A stretch of DNA of 64,000 nucleotides, from sequence record MT708547.1. The stretch is one strand, 5' to 3'. Below are positions 16,373-23,574 of this stretch, one piece after another. A program made the translations under genes and the position numbers. Within the stretch, counting starts at the first letter, position 1; every line of letters begins with the position of its first letter. A model generated the notes under the pieces. That model did no database searches and was not told the DNA's origin. It saw only the letters and a program-made list of their open reading frames with translations.

Positions 16373-16846
16373 ATGAAAGTCGAATTGGGAAGTACTATCA
16401 AAGCAGGTTATACTGTTTCAGTTACAACGTGGGAAAATGATGGAGATAATTATCAAACAAATGACATTGTAGGTTTATCTAAAGAAGATGCAAAAATGTT
16501 TATTGATACTTTACCCATTTTTAAATGCGTTCATAGTAAAAAGAAAGGTCTTGGAAACAAAGAACTTAATATTAACCAGTACTTGGGTAAGTTCGAAGAC
16601 CTAATCAATAACAATATTATCACAGTGTCATTTGCTGAAAAATATTTTGGTTATATTAACCCAAATAGTGATTATGATGAAGATGAACAACAAGACACGA
16701 TTATTGAAGCATTGTCTGAAATTCTAGGATATCCAGTTGAATACGATTATGGTTTTATCAGAGTCTTTGAAAAAGTTCAAGTACTCTACTTCGATGAAGA
16801 TACCGTAATTCCTTCAGGTTTGAAAGTAGACACCAGTACTTTATAA
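16373..16846 (+). CDS. hypothetical protein
   Basis: 157-aa ORF between the two RNA copies. Confidence 0.75.
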   Translation: MKVELGSTIKAGYTVSVTTWENDGDNYQTNDIVGLSKEDAKMFIDTLPIFKCVHSKKKGLGNKELNINQYLGKFEDLINNNIITVSFAEKYFGYINPNSDYDEDEQQDTIIEALSEILGYPVEYDYGFIRVFEKVQVLYFDEDTVIPSGLKVDTSTL

Positions 16847-16866
16847 CATATAAAATACAGAACAAA

Positions 16867-16966
16867 TACTGAATGAGGATAGGTCATTGTGACCGGATGA
16901 AGTGAAAGGCTTGGTGAGCGACGGCAAAACCCAACCGTAGTAGAAGCTCTAGGAACTTATTCAGTA
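16867..16966 (+). ncRNA. unidentified structured RNA, copy B
   Basis: Closing stem TACTGAATGAG/CTTATTCAGTA; same conserved core as copy A with a shorter P2. Confidence 0.7.
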
Positions 16967-16987
16967 CATTTTAATTTAAAGAATTAT

Positions 16988-17083
16988 GTGGGTGTGGCGG
17001 TATTGGTTGTACGCAAAGGTCTTAAAAACCTTCAGAGGGCTTAAAATGCATTCCTCTTGTGAGTTCGAATCTCATCACCCGTA
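16988..17083 (+). tRNA. trnL: tRNA-Leu(TAA)
   Basis: Acceptor GTGGGTG/CACCCGT; anticodon stem AAGGT/ACCTT with loop CTTAAAA; 26-nt variable arm; T arm GTGAG-TTCGAAT-CTCAT; A73; no encoded CCA. Confidence 0.9.
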
Positions 17084-17112
17084 CTCATTAAATAGTCAAT
17101 GGATTGACACAA

Positions 17113-17931
17113 ATGGCAAGAAAAGATATATTAGAACAAAAAGAATTAATATTAGATTTAATTTCCAAGAATACCGCAAAATCAACAATATGTAAGATTT
17201 TAAATTGTAAATCATCAACGTTAGATACGTATTTGAAAAAGATGGGTATTATATATAAAGGAAATCAATCTGGTAAAGGAACAAAGAAAGGAACACATTC
17301 AAAATATGTAGAAGCTTCACATTTTCTTAATAAAAATTCATCAATATCATCTAATCAATTAAAACTAAAATTATTGAGAGAAGGATATTTTGAACATAAA
17401 TGTTCAAAATGTGAATTGACAGAATGGATGGGTAAACGAATACCAATTGAATTGGAACACATAGATGGTGATAATACAAATAACGAATTATCAAATCTAT
17501 GTATGTTATGCCCAAATTGTCACGCACAAACCGATACATATAAAGGAAAAAATAAAAAATCAGTTCGTGAAAAGAAACATATACAAGAAATTTTAAATTT
17601 TGAAAATTCTTTTGAACGTTCAGAAATAAAAGATAAAGTTGGGAAGAAAATTAGAATTTCCAAAATTAAAAAATGTGAAGAATGTGGTAATGAATATAAA
17701 GGTAAAAATAAAAAATATTGTTCACGTGTTTGTATGCATTTATCACAAAAAAAATTTCTTTTGACATACGAAGAACTTAAAGAAATAATTTGGAAATATC
17801 CAAGAACAAAAATAGGAGAAATGTATGGTGTTTCTGATAATACTGTCTTGAAACGTTGTAAACTTCTTGATATAGAAGTTCCACCATTGGGATATTTCAT
17901 AAGTTCAAAATATAAAGATAATAATCAATAA
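17113..17931 (+). CDS. HNH homing endonuclease with Zn-finger and HTH domains
   Basis: KCSKC...IELEHIDGDNTNNELSNLCMLCPNCHAQT; C-terminal CEECG...YCSRVC and IGEMYGVSDNTV helix-turn-helix. Confidence 0.9.
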   Translation: MARKDILEQKELILDLISKNTAKSTICKILNCKSSTLDTYLKKMGIIYKGNQSGKGTKKGTHSKYVEASHFLNKNSSISSNQLKLKLLREGYFEHKCSKCELTEWMGKRIPIELEHIDGDNTNNELSNLCMLCPNCHAQTDTYKGKNKKSVREKKHIQEILNFENSFERSEIKDKVGKKIRISKIKKCEECGNEYKGKNKKYCSRVCMHLSQKKFLLTYEELKEIIWKYPRTKIGEMYGVSDNTVLKRCKLLDIEVPPLGYFISSKYKDNNQ

Positions 17932-17947
17932 TAAATATAATAACAAA

Positions 17948-18023
<76 letters not shown>

Positions 18024-18028
18024 AATTC

Positions 18029-18124
18029 AACAGGTAGTAACGCTCTTAGGTGTACATTAATATAGGAATAAGGGTTAACAGTACTGTACACAAACGAGTA
18101 ACCCCGAAAGACCCGAAACCTGTT
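18029..18124 (+). ncRNA. candidate pseudoknotted RNA downstream of tRNA-Gly
   Basis: AACAGGT/ACCTGTT and GTGTACA/TGTACAC stems; loop GGGTTA complementary to downstream TAACCC. Confidence 0.4.
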
Positions 18125-18134
18125 AAAGTTTTAC

Positions 18135-18184
18135 GGATGATTATAAATCTGAATTGACAGAAACAGCTAAAACTGTTATTATCC
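18135..18184 (+). ncRNA. 50-nt three-way-junction element, copy 1
   Basis: GGATGAT/ATTATCC, TCTG/CAGA, AACA/TGTT. Confidence 0.7.
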
Positions 18185-18395
18185 TATTTTATTCCACAAT
18201 CAGACGTATATGGTGTAAGTTACGTCGATGAAATCCAGAACAAGATCTCTGGTACTCTAGGAAGTGGTGAATGTTAACCTAGACGGGTTTGTTAATTGGA
18301 CGATAAGCAATTAATACTTGACTAGCAGGTTTAAACTAGAGGTGACTGTCCTTCACTAAACTGGAAAACCGGATGGATTTTTAATTAAAAAAGTG

Positions 18396-18424
18396 TTGAA
18401 CAAAATGTTCAATAATGATATAAT
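18396..18424 (+). promoter_or_regulatory. sigma70-like promoter with inverted repeat
   Basis: TTGAAC-aaaat-GTTCAA, 17-bp spacer, TGaTATAAT. Confidence 0.75.
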
Positions 18425-18515
18425 AATTATCAATGTAAGGCGTGGAACAATGTTTACATAAGTTACTTAGTAGCCTGTACGCCCCACGTCAAGGTAGCCG
18501 AAAGGCAAGTTTAAT

Positions 18516-18565
18516 GGGTGGTTATAAATCTGAATTGACAGAGACTATTAAAACAGTCACCATCC
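18516..18565 (+). ncRNA. 50-nt three-way-junction element, copy 2
   Basis: GGGTGGT/ACCATCC, TCTG/CAGA, GACT/AGTC. Confidence 0.7.
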
Positions 18566-18751
18566 AAATTTTAATTTAATAGTTTAGTATGAATAAAAAA
18601 CAAATACATAAACAATATGATGAAATTGCAGTGAAGGTTTTTCGTGGTGAATTAGGTTATAAACCATCTGTTAAATCTAAATATTCAAAATCTTCTTCAC
18701 TAAAATTCAATCATAAAATAGAGTTTAAATAGTACTGGACAATAATATATA

Positions 18752-19201
18752 ATGAATATCACTAATGTAAAAGATTTTTTAGAATATTTTATTAAGAATA
18801 CTCGTGCACGTGATGAATTAGAAAAGAATGGATTCATCCAAGGTTACGATTGCACTAATTTCTTTTATACTATTGATAAACATGAATATTATGTCGATGC
18901 AATTTTAATTGATGATGATGGGTATTGCGTTGGATTTTCGTTCGAAGATATATCACAAGATGCACCAATAAACTTTTATGCATTATATTATAATAAAAAA
19001 GATAATATTTTGAAATTAGGATTTACCAGTGACACGGATGAAGATGTTGTATTCAATTGTAACACATGGTTGGAACATGATTCATTCTTTCAAAGTACAT
19101 TAATTCATAACTTTATGACAACAGATTTAGAGTACTGGAAAACTTGTATAGAATTACTTAATGTAATTTATAATGAACAAGTCAAACAAAAATGGCAATA
19201 A
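18752..19201 (+). CDS. hypothetical protein, FQxS family (a 47-aa ORF at 18589-18732 precedes it)
   Basis: WLEHDSFFQSTLIHNFMTTDLEYWKTCI. Confidence 0.8.
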   Translation: MNITNVKDFLEYFIKNTRARDELEKNGFIQGYDCTNFFYTIDKHEYYVDAILIDDDGYCVGFSFEDISQDAPINFYALYYNKKDNILKLGFTSDTDEDVVFNCNTWLEHDSFFQSTLIHNFMTTDLEYWKTCIELLNVIYNEQVKQKWQ

Positions 19202-19266
19202 TCACAGAACGGTTCAGCATTTGGTAGTATGTTTGACTGAATAAAGCATAAACGTTTAAAAAAGTG

Positions 19267-19294
19267 TTGAACAAAAAGTTCAGTACTGTATAAT
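19267..19294 (+). promoter_or_regulatory. promoter for tRNA-Arg
   Basis: TTGAAC-aaaaa-GTTCAGTACTG-TATAAT. Confidence 0.7.
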
Positions 19295-19305
19295 TGACTT
19301 ACTAC

Positions 19306-19379
19306 GTCCCCTTAGTTCAGTTGGATAGAACAACTGCCTTCTAAGCAGTAGGTCACTGGTTCGAGTCCAGTAGGGGATA
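19306..19379 (+). tRNA. trnR: tRNA-Arg(TCT)
   Basis: GTCCCCT/AGGGGAT; D arm GTTC/GAAC; ACTGC-CTTCTAA-GCAGT; ACTGG-TTCGAGT-CCAGT. Confidence 0.92.
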
Positions 19380-19435
19380 TACCATACAATATGGGAATAG
19401 TTAGAAGATATTCCCAATTTTAATTTAAAAAAGTG

Positions 19436-19464
19436 TTGAACAAAAAGTTCAATAATGATATAAT
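19436..19464 (+). promoter_or_regulatory. promoter upstream of tRNA-Ser(GCT)
   Basis: TTGAAC-aaaaa-GTTCAA, 17-bp spacer, TGaTATAAT. Confidence 0.75.
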
Positions 19465-19529
19465 GGTATTATAAAAGATTGTAATACATAATATTAACTT
19501 TTAAGAACATAATTAAGTTATCATACACA

Positions 19530-19621
<92 letters not shown>

Positions 19622-19640
19622 TAAAATTCAATTAAAAAAT

Positions 19641-19771
<131 letters not shown>

Positions 19772-19779
19772 GATTTCAT

Positions 19780-19829
19780 GGATAGTTATAAAGTTGAATT
19801 AACAGCGACACTTAAAATTGTCACTATCC
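19780..19829 (+). ncRNA. 50-nt three-way-junction element, copy 3
   Basis: GGATAGT/ACTATCC, GTTG/CAGC, GACA/TGTC; starts 8 nt after the tRNA-Ser CCA. Confidence 0.7.
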
Positions 19830-19888
19830 AAATTTTAATTTAAATAGTACTTGACAAAAATATTCAGTACTGATACATAAAGAATATT

Positions 19889-20199
19889 GGCCCCTTAGCT
19901 CACGCTTTGGTTAGAGCAGACGACTCATCGATAAATGGTGACTTTCACAAGTAATTGTGATTGAAAAACTGGATGAATTCAGGGAAACCTTAACACATAA
20001 TGGTGATGGCAATCCTGAGCCAAGCCCAATAAGCGTATTGGGAAGGTGCAGAGACTAGGTGGTTCAGCACGATCTTGCTGTGTAATACACCAATAGCGTC
20101 CGGCATCCTTATAGGATGATGATATAGTCCTTTCTATAATGAAAATTATAGGTAAAAAGAATCGTTTGGTACTGTGTTCGACTCACAGAGGGGCCACCA
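19889..20199 (+). tRNA. ileX: tRNA-Ile2(CAT), ileX-like, split by a group I intron (exons 19889-19928 and 20160-20199)
   Basis: Spliced sequence GGCCCCT-TA-GCTC...GAGC-A-GACGA-CTCATAA-TCGTT-TGGTA-CTGTG-TTCGACT-CACAG-AGGGGCC-A-CCA, close to enterobacterial ileX (GGCCCCTTAGCTCA...AGGGGCCACCA). Confidence 0.88.
19929..20159 (+). mobile_element. group I self-splicing intron, 231 nt, ORF-less, probably IC3-like
   Basis: P AATTCAGGGAAAC (19976), Q AATCCTGAGC (20011), R GTGCAGAGACT (20046), S GATATAGTCC (20121); P1 exon UCAU pairs with GUGA giving a U-G splice-site pair; P7 GACTA/TAGTC; GNRA loops in P2 and P9; ends in G. Confidence 0.9.
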
Positions 20200-20204
20200 C
20201 ACAT

Positions 20205-20276
20205 TGTACTCTTCTCCTGTAAGGAGAATGACAAAAAGCTATCCGAAAGATAGAAAGCCTGAAATAACAGGGTACA
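20205..20276 (+). ncRNA. four-way-junction-like spacer element between tRNA-Ile2 and tRNA-Asn
   Basis: TGTAC/GTACA closing TTCTCC/GGAGAA, CTATC/GATAG and CCTG/CAGG hairpins. Confidence 0.4.
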
Positions 20277-20286
20277 TTTAATCAAT

Positions 20287-20369
20287 TGGTAGTTGGCAGA
20301 GCGGCTTTTGCGACGGACTGTTAATCCGTGTCAGAAATGACAAGACTGGTTCGACTCCAGTACTACCAG
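20287..20369 (+). tRNA. trnN: tRNA-Asn(GTT) with a long variable arm
   Basis: TGGTAGT/ACTACCA; ACGGA-CTGTTAA-TCCGT; 15-nt variable region GTCA-GAAA-TGAC-AAG; ACTGG-TTCGACT-CCAGT; G73. Confidence 0.85.
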
Positions 20370-20434
20370 CATATAAAAAATGAACTTCAGAACAATAAAT
20401 AATATCATAGAGGATATTATGAGGTCTGAAGTTC

Positions 20435-20980
20435 ATGGGAAGAAAGCAAACAGAAGAAACACGCAAAAAAATTTCTAATGCATTAAAAGCAAAAAATACA
20501 GTTTTACCCGAAAAAGAAATTATTGAAAAATACACAAACGGTATAGCTGTATATAAGTTAGCAAAAGAATACAAATGCCACAAAACAAGAATAAATTCTA
20601 TAATTGAAGCTAGTGGTGTTAAACGACCAATCGCTACAAATAAAAATAGATTTTGTGAAATTCATAAATGTAATTATGAAAAAAATCCACAAGGTAAGTG
20701 GAAATGTAATAAATGTGATATTCAACGTGTTTCTGATAGACGTAGAGAACTTAAATTACTTGCTGTGGAATATAAAGGTGGGTGTTGTGAAAAATGTGGA
20801 TATGATAAATGCATAGCTGCGTTAGAATTTCACCATTTAGATCCAAATGAAAAAGATTTTGGAATATCATCCAGTGGTCATACACGAAGTTTCGAAAAGT
20901 TAAAGATAGAACTTGATAAATGTATTATGGTTTGTGCTAATTGTCATCGTGAAATTCATGATGATGAAAGAAAAGAATAA
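20435..20980 (+). CDS. HNH homing endonuclease (NUMOD3-like N-terminus)
   Basis: GRKQTEETRKKIS; YKGGCCEKCGY...LEFHHLDPNEK...CIMVCANCHREIH. Confidence 0.9.
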   Translation: MGRKQTEETRKKISNALKAKNTVLPEKEIIEKYTNGIAVYKLAKEYKCHKTRINSIIEASGVKRPIATNKNRFCEIHKCNYEKNPQGKWKCNKCDIQRVSDRRRELKLLAVEYKGGCCEKCGYDKCIAALEFHHLDPNEKDFGISSSGHTRSFEKLKIELDKCIMVCANCHREIHDDERKE

Positions 20981-21024
20981 TGGGGTATGTATCCGAGAAC
21001 ACCTCATGACTTCCAACGCGTGGA

Positions 21025-21075
<51 letters not shown>

Positions 21076-21202
21076 TGTAATAATAGACACTCATTGCTGT
21101 AAACTGGAATGCAGTATACAATCCTTCAGATACAGAGTGTGACAATACGATGTTAAAGGTATCCTTTGACTGTCCAAATTAATTTAAATGGAGTACTGAA
21201 TA

Positions 21203-21403
21203 ATGTCCAAATATGTTAATCGTCAAAAACGAAAAGCACGTACTAAGGACGAAATTCTACAGTTGATACAAAAAAATCAAAAAGATGTAGTTATTGAAGA
21301 ATATATTTTTCAGTACGGTAATCAACAATCAATGGTACAAGAAAGTAATGGTAAGTATCATTCTGAGCATTACGATCTCATTAAACGAATTCTTTTGAAA
21401 TAA
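21203..21403 (+). CDS. small hypothetical protein
   Basis: GGAG ribosome-binding site, 66 aa. Confidence 0.6.
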   Translation: MSKYVNRQKRKARTKDEILQLIQKNQKDVVIEEYIFQYGNQQSMVQESNGKYHSEHYDLIKRILLK

Positions 21404-21554
21404 ACAATAATACTCATCATCTAATATCAGTACTGATGCGTATCAGCAGGTGGCTTGATGGGCAGTACTGACAGGATACATCGTTCTCCGGTGGCGGGTT
21501 CGGTGGATATACGTAAAGTCGTATTGGGTATACCAAATATAATAATAAAAATAT

Positions 21555-21637
21555 GTAATAATGTGATAGCTCAAATAGGTAGAGCGGGAGGCCAAAGTGC
21601 TGACTGGTTTGTGAGTTCAATTCTCACCCGTTATTAC
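21555..21637 (+). ncRNA. tRNA-like RNA or pseudo-tRNA with an aberrant anticodon arm
   Basis: D arm TA-GCTC-AAATAGGTA-GAGC; T arm GTGAG-TTCAATT-CTCAC; closing stem GTAATAATG/CGTTATTAC; middle arm GGCCA/TGGTT with a 10-nt loop. Confidence 0.65.
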
Positions 21638-21646
21638 TAAACTAGT

Positions 21647-21677
21647 AAGCTACCCTATGTTATTCGGGTAGCTTTTT
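21647..21677 (+). terminator. intrinsic terminator closing the RNA island
   Basis: AAGCTACCC/GGGTAGCTT followed by a T tract. Confidence 0.8.
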
Positions 21678-21703
21678 CTTTTTTTATAACAAGAGAGATT
21701 ATC

Positions 21704-22120
21704 ATGAGTAAAGTTACTTTACTGAATATTTTACAAGAATGCTATGAAAAACTTGAAAATTCCAATCCAAGTGTCATATTCAACTCATCATTTGATAATT
21801 ATTCTACTTCAAATTATAAAGCAAAAATTTTAGTATATAATCACTTTGATTTATCATCATTAAGTGATTGTAGTAACATTTACTTACACATTTGTGACTA
21901 CAATGATGATAGTGGGTATACTATGACGATTGATATTTACAAAGGATATTTTTATTATAAAAATAAAAAATTTGACAATTTTGAAAATTTATTCCCATTG
22001 ACTGAAGATACGATGTTTCAGTACTCAACACTTTATGACACATCATCCTTGACAATCGATGAGTTAAATTTTATAATGTCTATTAGTTTGGATATTCCAA
22101 TTTATGAAGCATCATTATAA
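21704..22120 (+). CDS. hypothetical protein, FQxS family
   Basis: LTEDTMFQYSTLYDT. Confidence 0.8.
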   Translation: MSKVTLLNILQECYEKLENSNPSVIFNSSFDNYSTSNYKAKILVYNHFDLSSLSDCSNIYLHICDYNDDSGYTMTIDIYKGYFYYKNKKFDNFENLFPLTEDTMFQYSTLYDTSSLTIDELNFIMSISLDIPIYEASL

Positions 22121-22137
22121 AATCTAGGAGCATTTTT

Positions 22138-22290
22138 ATGAAAATTAAGTGTTGTGTATGTGATTGTGAAATTGATGAAAAGCATGTATATGGCGAATGG
22201 GATGATTACTGCTCCGATTGCTGGGAATCTGAAGGACGTGATGCAGAACGATGGGAAGATGAGAGTGAGTGGGATGAGGATGAAGAATAA
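22138..22290 (+). CDS. 50-aa zinc-finger protein with a very acidic tail (not in the ORF track)
   Basis: AGGAG ribosome-binding site; MKIKCCVCDCEIDEKHVYGEWDDYCSDCWESEGRDAERWEDESEWDEDEE. Confidence 0.7.
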   Translation: MKIKCCVCDCEIDEKHVYGEWDDYCSDCWESEGRDAERWEDESEWDEDEE

Positions 22291-22386
22291 ACGTATGTTT
22301 AAAGTACTGTTTCTTCATGCGTTTTAATTTATAGAGGCTGATTCATTGAATCGGCCATTTTCTTTGTTAAAAAAAGAGATAAAAAT

Positions 22387-22794
22387 ATGAAAAAATTTCT
22401 TTCAAAAGAACACGAAGAAAATATTCTTAATGCATTGAGTGTATTTCCAGAGAGTGTCATAAGTAATAATAAGAATTCTACATATTATTATGGTAAAGGT
22501 AATTGGTTTTATTTTAGCGACAGTTCATATATGTGTGTATTAAATCTATGTACTGAAGAATATTCTTATTGTTTAAGGATCGATCCTCGTTATAAATTAA
22601 TCCTACTATGCGAAAAGAATGATGAATTTTATGAAAGTGAGATAGATGATACCGATTCATATATTAGTAATTTTTATCTCGAAGAAGATGTTTATTTTAT
22701 GGATAGTACTGTGAATGAAATTACTATTCCTTTTAGTATAATGAAACGTTCGCATGAATTTCTAAAATACAGCAGAGAAAAATTTCATGACTGA
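22387..22794 (+). CDS. hypothetical protein, FQxS family
   Basis: LEEDVYFMDSTVNEI. Confidence 0.7.
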   Translation: MKKFLSKEHEENILNALSVFPESVISNNKNSTYYYGKGNWFYFSDSSYMCVLNLCTEEYSYCLRIDPRYKLILLCEKNDEFYESEIDDTDSYISNFYLEEDVYFMDSTVNEITIPFSIMKRSHEFLKYSREKFHD

Positions 22795-23158
22795 TATAAA
22801 TGAAGTTATAGAGCATTTTTATAATTGGGTAATAACGGATCCAATAAAAACTGGATTAATTGAAAAATATAACTGCTCTATGTATTCTTATTGTTCAAAT
22901 AAAGCTACGATGTATAGTAAGGATGTTGATAATTATTTACTAATCACTGACGATGTAGTTTATGATGTATTTGACAATGAAATTGTCATTGATGGTGGTG
23001 ATGTTGATATTGTAAAATTACATGATATAGATTTCTCATGTACTGAATCGGCGGCGTTCCAATTAAGCACATTATATGATTTCCGATGCAGTACTGAAAG
23101 TATTGTATTATTATTGAAAATAGTACATATTTTAAGAAAAAAGAGAATGGTATTATAA
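22787..23158 (+). CDS. hypothetical protein, FQxS family
   Basis: CTESAAFQLSTLYDFRCST. Confidence 0.8.
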   Translation: MTDINEVIEHFYNWVITDPIKTGLIEKYNCSMYSYCSNKATMYSKDVDNYLLITDDVVYDVFDNEIVIDGGDVDIVKLHDIDFSCTESAAFQLSTLYDFRCSTESIVLLLKIVHILRKKRMVL

Positions 23159-23574
23159 TGGTGGAATTTAATGTTCAAGATTTTTATGATTTTGTAATGA
23201 AAGCAGAAAAGAATAATCGTGAATATATTAAAACAGTTGGGGGTAATATATATCAACACTACTGTTATTCTTTAACGGAGGGAATGGATGCATTTACAAA
23301 TTCAACTATGGACAATGTATTATATAATTTATTAATGCATAATTGTCATTATGTATTTGATGTTTACAGTAATCAAATAATTTATAAAATTATATTTTTT
23401 GATAAAAAACAAATTGAAAATACAATTAATTTGGATTGTTATGATTCTGAATCAAAAGAAGGATTTGCTTTTCAGTTATCAGTTTCATATGATTTCCCAT
23501 TTAGTACTGAAGATTATATTTTAATGTTAAAGATTGTTGATAAATTAAGACTAAACGAAAGGAATTTCAAATGA
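23158..23574 (+). CDS. hypothetical protein, FQxS family
   Basis: SKEGFAFQLSVSYDFPFSTEDYILMLKIV; tandem paralog of 22787-23158. Confidence 0.8.
   Translation: MVEFNVQDFYDFVMKAEKNNREYIKTVGGNIYQHYCYSLTEGMDAFTNSTMDNVLYNLLMHNCHYVFDVYSNQIIYKIIFFDKKQIENTINLDCYDSESKEGFAFQLSVSYDFPFSTEDYILMLKIVDKLRLNERNFK

Noticed and set aside
16986-17195. 69-aa ORF in the track
   Set aside because: It overlaps tRNA-Leu and the HNH start; a by-product of GC-rich tRNA sequence.
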